A stretch of 64,000 bases of DNA from a bacterium (GTDB taxonomy: Bacteria > UBA8248): positions 128,001 to 192,000 of the forward strand of contig CBDBZY010000003.1 of NCBI GenBank assembly GCA_965213685.1, written 5' to 3'. The notes under the pieces were generated by a model, which made no database searches, had not been told where the DNA came from, and worked only from the letters and a program-made list of their open reading frames with translations. Shown piece by piece: positions 57,883 to 64,000 of the stretch. How positions within the stretch are numbered: the stretch's first letter is position 1; the number at the start of each line of letters is the position of its first letter. The position numbers were made by a program, and so were the translations under genes.

Positions 57883-59745
57883 ATGAAGCGGTTTCTGAAC
57901 CCGGTCGCCATCCTGGCCATCGTCTGGGCGGTCATCCAGCTCTACTGGGCCTTCTTCGGCATGCTGCACGTCTTTACCTCCAGACCCCTTCATCTGAGCT
58001 TCGCCCTGGGGATCATCTTTCTCACCAAACCGTTCCGCAAGGCGGGCCGCGTCGGCGTGGTCGACTACCTCCTGACCGTCGTCGTCATGGGCGTCGCGCT
58101 GCTGTATCTGTGGGAGTGGAACTTCCTGAACGAGCGCATCCGCGATTTGGACCCCGTTCCCGCGCGCTACGTCTATCTGGGCCTCGCCTATATCCTCCTG
58201 ACCGTGGAGGCCTCCAGGCGGTATCTCGGCTGGGGGGTGACCTCGGTGGCCGTCGTCGCGCTCGCCTACAACTTTCTGGGCCACCTGATCCCGGGCGCCC
58301 TGGGGCACCGCTTCATAGAGCTTCCCACCTTCATTGAATTTCAAATCCTGAGCGTGGAGGGGCTGTTGGGCGTTCCCCTCGGCGTGAGCACCGAGGTGGT
58401 GTTCTACTTCGTCCTGTTCTCGGCGGCACTCGAGGTTTCCGGCGGCGGGCGCATGTTCATCGATCTGGCCATCCGCCTGACGGGCTCCTTCCGGGGCGGT
58501 CCCGCCAAGGCGGCGATCGTGAGCAGCAGCCTGATGGGCACCATCAGCGGGAGTGCCACGGCGAACGTCGTGGGGACCGGCATCTTCACCATCCCGCTGA
58601 TGAAGCGCCTCGGCTTCGCCCCCCACTACGCGGGCGCGGTGGAGGCGGTGGCCTCCACGGGCGGGCAGCTCATGCCGCCCATCATGGGCGCCGGGGCCTT
58701 CATCCTCGCCGACATGACGGGCACCCCCTATCTGCGGGTGGCGGGCGCGGCGGCCATTCCGGCGGTCATCTACTACGTCTCCCTGTTCTTCATGGTGGAC
58801 CTCGAGGCGAAGAAGCTGCGCCTGCAGGGACTCCGCAAGGAAGAGATGCCGCAGCTCAAGGGCATTCTCCTGGATCGCGGCCTTCTGCTTTTGCCGATCA
58901 TCCTGGTGGTGGGGTATATGGTCGCCGGCTATACGCTGATGTGGTCTGCCACCTCGGCGGCCATCGGCGTCGTGGTGCTGAGCTGGGCGCGCAAGACGAC
59001 GCGCATGGGGCTGGAGAAGATACTGGAGGCACTGGAGAAGGCGGGACGCATGACGGTCGCCGTCGCCGTTCCCTGCGCGGTCGCCGGCATCGTGGTCGGC
59101 GTGGTGGACGACACGGGCATCGGACTGAAGTTCTCCGGCCTCATCGTCAACATCTCGGGCGGGATGATCCTGCCCGCGCTGGCCTTGACGCTCATCGGCT
59201 GTATCATCATGGGCATGGGCATGCCCACGGCCGCCGCCTACATCATGGCGGGCACCCTTCTGGGCCCCGCCCTCGCCAAGCTGGGGCTTCCCGTTCTGGC
59301 GGCGCACATGTTCATCTACTATTTCGCGATTCTCTCGATGCTGACGCCGCCCGTGGCGCTGTCGGCCTACGTCGCCTCCGGCGTCGCCGAATCGGATTTG
59401 AGCGCCACGGGCTGGAAGGCGTTTCAGTTGTCCCTGGCGGGCTTCCTTGTTCCTTTCGCGTTCATATATAATCCGTCCATGCTCTTTATCGGGACGGTCG
59501 GCGAGGCGCTTTGGGTGTCGCTCACCTGCGTCATCGGCGTGGCGGCTTTGGCGGCGGCGCTTACCGGGCACATATCGCTTCCCCTGTCGGTCTGGGAGCG
59601 CGGGGTTTTCTTTTTCTGCTCATTGGGGCTGATCGTTCCGGAGAAGTGGACGGACGCGGCCGGTTCCGCTTTGCTGCTTGTCGTTTTCTGGCGCCACCTT
59701 TTGCGCGCGAGAAGGGGCGGGGTCGCCGCGGATTCGGCGCCCTAG
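57883..59745 (+). CDS. TRAP transporter fused 4TM/12TM permease
   Basis: GGPAK, GSATANVVGTG, ASTGGQLMPPIMG, MGMGMPT and TPPVAL. Confidence 0.92.
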   Translation: MKRFLNPVAILAIVWAVIQLYWAFFGMLHVFTSRPLHLSFALGIIFLTKPFRKAGRVGVVDYLLTVVVMGVALLYLWEWNFLNERIRDLDPVPARYVYLGLAYILLTVEASRRYLGWGVTSVAVVALAYNFLGHLIPGALGHRFIELPTFIEFQILSVEGLLGVPLGVSTEVVFYFVLFSAALEVSGGGRMFIDLAIRLTGSFRGGPAKAAIVSSSLMGTISGSATANVVGTGIFTIPLMKRLGFAPHYAGAVEAVASTGGQLMPPIMGAGAFILADMTGTPYLRVAGAAAIPAVIYYVSLFFMVDLEAKKLRLQGLRKEEMPQLKGILLDRGLLLLPIILVVGYMVAGYTLMWSATSAAIGVVVLSWARKTTRMGLEKILEALEKAGRMTVAVAVPCAVAGIVVGVVDDTGIGLKFSGLIVNISGGMILPALALTLIGCIIMGMGMPTAAAYIMAGTLLGPALAKLGLPVLAAHMFIYYFAILSMLTPPVALSAYVASGVAESDLSATGWKAFQLSLAGFLVPFAFIYNPSMLFIGTVGEALWVSLTCVIGVAALAAALTGHISLPLSVWERGVFFFCSLGLIVPEKWTDAAGSALLLVVFWRHLLRARRGGVAADSAP

Positions 59746-59806
59746 CGAGAAACACGTTCGGGCTGGAGATACATTCTTGTTTTTTCCAACAGAGGAGTTT
59801 GCGGAC

Positions 59807-60784
59807 ATGAAACGCACATCGTGGAAAGCGGGTTTCGTTCTGGCGATGGCCATCGGGGTTTTCCTCGCCGTTCAGGTCGAGGCGGCCAGCCGCCTCACCA
59901 TGGGGAGCTGGCGGAAGGGCAGTGGCTGGCACGTGTATTCGGCCACCATGGCGAACATCGTGAACAACGCGAAAGTCGGCGTCCAGATCGACGCCCTCTC
60001 GAAGGGCGGCGGCGTGGGCAACCCCGTGAACGTCGGAACCGACAAATTCAACACGGCGCTCACCTTCAGCGTGGCGGCGGCCTGGGCCTATCAGGGGAAG
60101 GTGGCGTACAAGAAGCCATACAAGAACCTGCGCGGGCTGATCGGCGGGCTGGATCAATACTACCTGGGCATCGTCACCACGAACCCCAAGGTGAACGCCA
60201 TCAACGACCTCAAGAAGGTGCCCGTGAACTATGTGACGGTCCCGCGCGGCGGGCTGGGCCAGTGGGCCACGCGCGCCATGCTCGGCGCCCACGGCATCAC
60301 CTACGAGCAGATCAAGAAGATGGGCGGTTCGGTCACGCACACCGGCTTCGGCGCCATCAAGAGCCGGATGAAGGACGGGCAGGCCGACATGCTGAGCCAC
60401 ACCGTGAACGCCGGGCATCCGGCGCTCACCTCGATCGCGGTGCAGAAGAAGCTGAAATTCCTGGACGTCGGCGATGAATACCGGAACAAGCTCCTGGGCA
60501 TCGGCTTCCTGAAGGCCACCATGCCGGCGGACACGTTCCCGGGGCAGGCGAAGCCGAAGAACACCTTTGGCTTCACCACGGCGGTCATCGCGTCCACCGC
60601 CATGGACAACGACACGGCCTACAAGATCGTGAAGGCACTGCTCGACAAGGTGGACGACCTGCGGGCGGGGCACAAGGGCCTCCAGAACTTCGACCCGGCG
60701 AAAACGGGCTGCAAGGAATCGCAGATGGGCGTGCCGCTTCACGGGGGTGCCGCGCGCTACTGCAAGGAGAAGGGCTGGAACTAG
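59807..60784 (+). CDS. TAXI family TRAP transporter substrate-binding protein
   Basis: Signal peptide, GGGVGN, MPADTFPG and VPLHGGAARY.KEKG. Confidence 0.88.
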   Translation: MKRTSWKAGFVLAMAIGVFLAVQVEAASRLTMGSWRKGSGWHVYSATMANIVNNAKVGVQIDALSKGGGVGNPVNVGTDKFNTALTFSVAAAWAYQGKVAYKKPYKNLRGLIGGLDQYYLGIVTTNPKVNAINDLKKVPVNYVTVPRGGLGQWATRAMLGAHGITYEQIKKMGGSVTHTGFGAIKSRMKDGQADMLSHTVNAGHPALTSIAVQKKLKFLDVGDEYRNKLLGIGFLKATMPADTFPGQAKPKNTFGFTTAVIASTAMDNDTAYKIVKALLDKVDDLRAGHKGLQNFDPAKTGCKESQMGVPLHGGAARYCKEKGWN

Positions 60785-60874
60785 CGGAAATCCCGCTCCC
60801 GCCGGCCATCTCTCCCGGTGGCCGGCGGGGGAGGCTTCATCGTCCAAGCCGGCTATTCCGTAGAGGGGGGAGCC

Positions 60875-61666
60875 ATGCCGTACCGTTTCGTCGATCTGAC
60901 GCTCACCGTGGACCCGAAGGACACCTATGTGCAGTTCCCGCGCGACGAAATTTACGACAAGCCCGCACCGGGCACGACCATCACCCCCATCGCGACGCTG
61001 GACGTGGACCACATCTGCAATTTCGGCTTCGCCACCACCACGCAGAGCTACACGCACTACGACGCGCCCTATCATTTTTTTCACGACGGCCTGAAAAACG
61101 ACGAGGTGCCGCTCGACCACCTCTGTGGCGACGCCTGCGTGCTGCGGGTGCCGGGCAAGGGCAACTCCGAGGCGGTGACGGCGGCGGATCTCGAGGCGGC
61201 GGGAGTGGAGGTGCGCCCCGGCGACATCGCCATCGTCAGCACGGAATGGACCGACCGCATGTGGGGGTCGCGCGACTTTTGGGAGCACATGGTCTATTTG
61301 TCGACCGATGCGGCCGATTGGCTCATCGGCAAGGGGATCAAGGCGCTCGTCCAGGACTTCATGACGTGCGACTCGCCGCTCCATCCGCCGGAGGATCGGA
61401 AATGGCCCGCCCCGGACTGGAGCCCCAACCACGTCAAGTTTCTGGAGCGGGGCATATGCCTCATCGAGTGGTGCACCAACATGGGCGCCATCCGCAAGGA
61501 GCGCGTCCTGCTGGTGACGGGCGCGATGAAGCTCAAGGACACCGAGGGCGCGCCCGCCCGCGTCATCGCGGTGGAGTTCTGGGATGAAGAACCGCCCCGC
61601 GAGGGCGCCCCGCCCCTGCCTCCCATCGAAAATCCGTATTCGGACCGCGGCTCCTGGGCAAGGTAG
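60875..61666 (+). CDS. cyclase family (kynurenine formamidase-like) metal-dependent hydrolase
   Basis: VDLT, QSYTHYDAPYHF (variant of HxGTHxDxPxH), H..L, IE and GAPARVIA. Confidence 0.82.
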   Translation: MPYRFVDLTLTVDPKDTYVQFPRDEIYDKPAPGTTITPIATLDVDHICNFGFATTTQSYTHYDAPYHFFHDGLKNDEVPLDHLCGDACVLRVPGKGNSEAVTAADLEAAGVEVRPGDIAIVSTEWTDRMWGSRDFWEHMVYLSTDAADWLIGKGIKALVQDFMTCDSPLHPPEDRKWPAPDWSPNHVKFLERGICLIEWCTNMGAIRKERVLLVTGAMKLKDTEGAPARVIAVEFWDEEPPREGAPPLPPIENPYSDRGSWAR

Positions 61667-61678
61667 GGGAATCGCGAC

Positions 61679-63064
61679 ATGACCGACCCGCAAAGCCTGC
61701 GCGGCTTTCTGGAGATGGTGGAGAGGAGCCACCCCGAAGAGTTGGTGCGCATCCGCGAACCCGTCGGGAGGGAGGACATCACGCCGGCGGTCTTCGAGTT
61801 CGAGCGCGCGGGGAGGCACCCCGTCCTCATCTTCGAGCGCGTGGAGGGCTTCGCGGGCGCCGTCGTCACCAACACCGCCGCCAACCGGAACCTCCTCGCG
61901 GCGTGTCTCCGGGTGGCGCCCGGCGATTTGCCGACGGCGTATAAGGATCGCTGCCAGAACTACCGGCCCGTGGAGGTGGTGGACGAGGCCCCCTGGCGGG
62001 AGATCGTCATGGAAGGCGAAGCTGTGGACCTGAACAGGCTCCCCATCCCCTTTCATTTTCCCGTGGATGCGGCCCCCTACATCACGGCGGGCCAAATCGT
62101 CGCGCGGGACCCGGAGACGGGCGTGGACACCACCGGTTTCCATCGCCTCCAGCTCAAGGGGAAGAACAGGCTCGGCGTCTCCCTGCACTCCCGGCGGCGG
62201 ATGTATCATTTTCACCGAAAAGCCGAGGAGGCGGGCGACGCCCTTCCCGCGGCGGTCGTCATCGGGGTCCACCCGGTGCATTACATGGGTTCGATGGCGT
62301 ATCACTACCCGCCGGGGGTGCGCAAGTATGAGGTGATCGGCGCCTTGTTCGGCGAGCCGTATCGCGTCGCCAAATGCGGGACGGCGGACCTGGAGGCGCC
62401 CGCGGGGGCCGAAATCGTGCTGGAGGGCGAGATTCTCGCCGGCGTGCGCGAGCCGGAGGGCCCCTTTGGCGAGTTCACTGGCTATGCGTCCTACCGCAGC
62501 ACGCAGAACGTGTTCCTCGTGAAGCGCGTGCGGATGCGCGGGGACGCCATGCTGCACAGCGTGGCCTCGGGCATGTCGGCGGATCACATCCTCATATCCT
62601 GCGTCAGCCGCGAGGCGGAGATGCTCAACACGCTGCGGCGCAATTTGCCGGGCGTCTCGGCCGTGCACGTTCCGCCGAATACGGCGGGGGCGCTCCTGGC
62701 GATCGTGCAGATGGAGAAAACGGCGGAGGGCCAGCCGCAGCAGGCCGTCATGGCGGCGCTGGGAACCGAGTTTTACTGCAAATGCGTGGTCGTCGTCGAT
62801 GCGGACGTGGACATCTTCAACCTCTCGGACGTGGCCTGGGCGGTCATCACGAGAACGCGCGCGGACAAGGACATCAACTTCCTCCACGGGGCGATGGGCG
62901 CCATCCTGGACCCGACTTCGGACCCGGAGAACCACACCCTGACGAAAGTGGGAATCGACGCCACGAAGCCCCAGGGACGCGATTTCGCGGAGCGTCTCCA
63001 CATACCGGATGCGCGGCGCGCGCGCGTGCGCGGCATCCTGGAGAGCGCGGGCGTTCGCCTGTAG
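61679..63064 (+). CDS. UbiD family prFMN-dependent (de)carboxylase
   Basis: DL..LP, D...YI, HRLQ, AEIVLEG, EPEGPFGEFTGY, VVVDADVDIF and GIDAT. Confidence 0.93.
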   Translation: MTDPQSLRGFLEMVERSHPEELVRIREPVGREDITPAVFEFERAGRHPVLIFERVEGFAGAVVTNTAANRNLLAACLRVAPGDLPTAYKDRCQNYRPVEVVDEAPWREIVMEGEAVDLNRLPIPFHFPVDAAPYITAGQIVARDPETGVDTTGFHRLQLKGKNRLGVSLHSRRRMYHFHRKAEEAGDALPAAVVIGVHPVHYMGSMAYHYPPGVRKYEVIGALFGEPYRVAKCGTADLEAPAGAEIVLEGEILAGVREPEGPFGEFTGYASYRSTQNVFLVKRVRMRGDAMLHSVASGMSADHILISCVSREAEMLNTLRRNLPGVSAVHVPPNTAGALLAIVQMEKTAEGQPQQAVMAALGTEFYCKCVVVVDADVDIFNLSDVAWAVITRTRADKDINFLHGAMGAILDPTSDPENHTLTKVGIDATKPQGRDFAERLHIPDARRARVRGILESAGVRL

Positions 63065-63079
63065 GCGCCTCCCCTCCCG

Positions 63080-64000
63080 ATGAGCGAGAGAAAAGTCAAA
63101 CTCGGCGTCCTTCTTCCCACGCGCGGAGTCCTGCTCTGGAACGACGGCGTCCCGCAGGCGGGCCCCGTCATCGACCTCGCCGTGTGCGCGGAGGCACTCG
63201 GCTACGACTCGGTGTTCGTGGGGGATTCCGTCCTGGCCAAGCCGAGACTCGAGGCACTCTCCGTGCTCTCCGCCGTCGCCGCGAGAACGAAGCGCGTCCG
63301 GCTCGGCACCGCCGTTTTTCTGCCCTGTCTCCGCGACCCCGTCTTTCTAGCCTATCAGGTGGCGACGCTCGACGTCATCTCGGGCGGCCGCGTGATCCTC
63401 GGCGTTGGCATCGGCCCGCCCAGGCCGCGGGAGTGCGAGCATGAGTTCGAGACCCTGGGCGTGCCGTTCCGAAAGCGCATGTTCTACATGCAGGAGCACA
63501 TGACGCTGATGCGGAGGCTCTGGACGGAGGAGAACGTGACCTTTCAGGGCAGGTACTACCAGGTGCGCGGCGTGACGCTGCCCCACAAGCCCATCCAGCC
63601 CACCGTGCCCATGTGGATCGCCTCCGCCGTGGTGGACAGCGCGTGGCGGCGGGTGGCCAGGTATGGGGACGGGTGGTTCCCGAACCGCGTGACGCCGGAG
63701 GAGTTTCGGGAAACCTGGGGCAAGATCGCCCGTCTCGCCCGGGAGAACGGGCGCGACCCCGGAACCCCCGCATGGTACATGACGACCTGCATCGACGACG
63801 ACAGGGAGTCCGCCATGCGAAATGGCGAGGCGTTTCTGCTCGATTACTACTACACCCCCTTCTGGGGCGATTCCATCGAGAAGTGGGGCACGTATGGCCC
63901 GGCGGAGGACTTGATAGCGCGGATCAACGCCTTCATCGAGGCGGGGGCGGAGCACATCTCCCTGCGCTTCACCCACAAGGATCAGATGGGACAGCTGGAG
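63080..64000 (+). CDS. LLM-class flavin-dependent oxidoreductase (3' truncated; absent from ORF track)
   Basis: ATG 63080 gives MSERKVKLGVLLPTRG...GYDSVFVGDSVLAKPRLE...RVRLGTAV...RVARYGDGW, open to the window end; paralog of 55523..56491. Confidence 0.85.
   Translation, partial: MSERKVKLGVLLPTRGVLLWNDGVPQAGPVIDLAVCAEALGYDSVFVGDSVLAKPRLEALSVLSAVAARTKRVRLGTAVFLPCLRDPVFLAYQVATLDVISGGRVILGVGIGPPRPRECEHEFETLGVPFRKRMFYMQEHMTLMRRLWTEENVTFQGRYYQVRGVTLPHKPIQPTVPMWIASAVVDSAWRRVARYGDGWFPNRVTPEEFRETWGKIARLARENGRDPGTPAWYMTTCIDDDRESAMRNGEAFLLDYYYTPFWGDSIEKWGTYGPAEDLIARINAFIEAGAEHISLRFTHKDQMGQLE

Noticed and set aside
59561-63001. 1146-aa minus-strand ORF
   Set aside because: Antisense shadow of the TAXI, cyclase and UbiD genes; Arg/His/Gly-rich with no motifs, as expected for high-GC3 DNA.

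Overview
A GC-rich bacterial chromosomal window with no rRNA, CRISPR array, integrase or transposase that I could see. (1) 0.6-23.9 kb: tRNA-Glu is followed by a visibly AT-richer surface-glycan locus. It has two nonulosonic-acid modules: PseB, a PseF-like CMP-transferase, an RmlD-like reductase, GT4, a NeuB/PseI synthase and a LIC12162-type protein; then a LarA-family racemase/epimerase, a NeuA-NeuB fusion, a GT2-cytidylyltransferase fusion and an orphan protein. These are followed by an ABC flippase, a Wzz-like co-polymerase, an O-antigen ligase/polymerase and a convergent GT4/AsnB/methyltransferase block. (2) 24-45 kb: catabolic genes (hydrolases, MBL-fold enzymes, an enolase-superfamily enzyme, a sulfatase, an amidohydrolase, tandem Gfo/Idh/MocA, TAXI-TRAP). 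This region also holds a hidden AhpD/CMD-family selenoprotein (CxxU plus SECIS) that the ORF track splits in two, and a small islet with a DUF488-like gene and a tRNA-like element. (3) 45-55 kb: mixed genes (GDSL autotransporter, chorismate mutase, rmuC, crotonase, frameshifted TSUP and DUF362 genes) and tRNA-Ala. (4) 55.5-64 kb: an LLM / M24 / TAXI-TRAP / cyclase / UbiD / LLM catabolic cluster. The best candidate for an undescribed system is the LarA-family enzyme translationally coupled into a dual nonulosonate pathway that lacks an aminotransferase. Second is the Sec-containing AhpD-like protein coupled to an amidohydrolase. All family calls come from motif recognition by eye, not from database searches.
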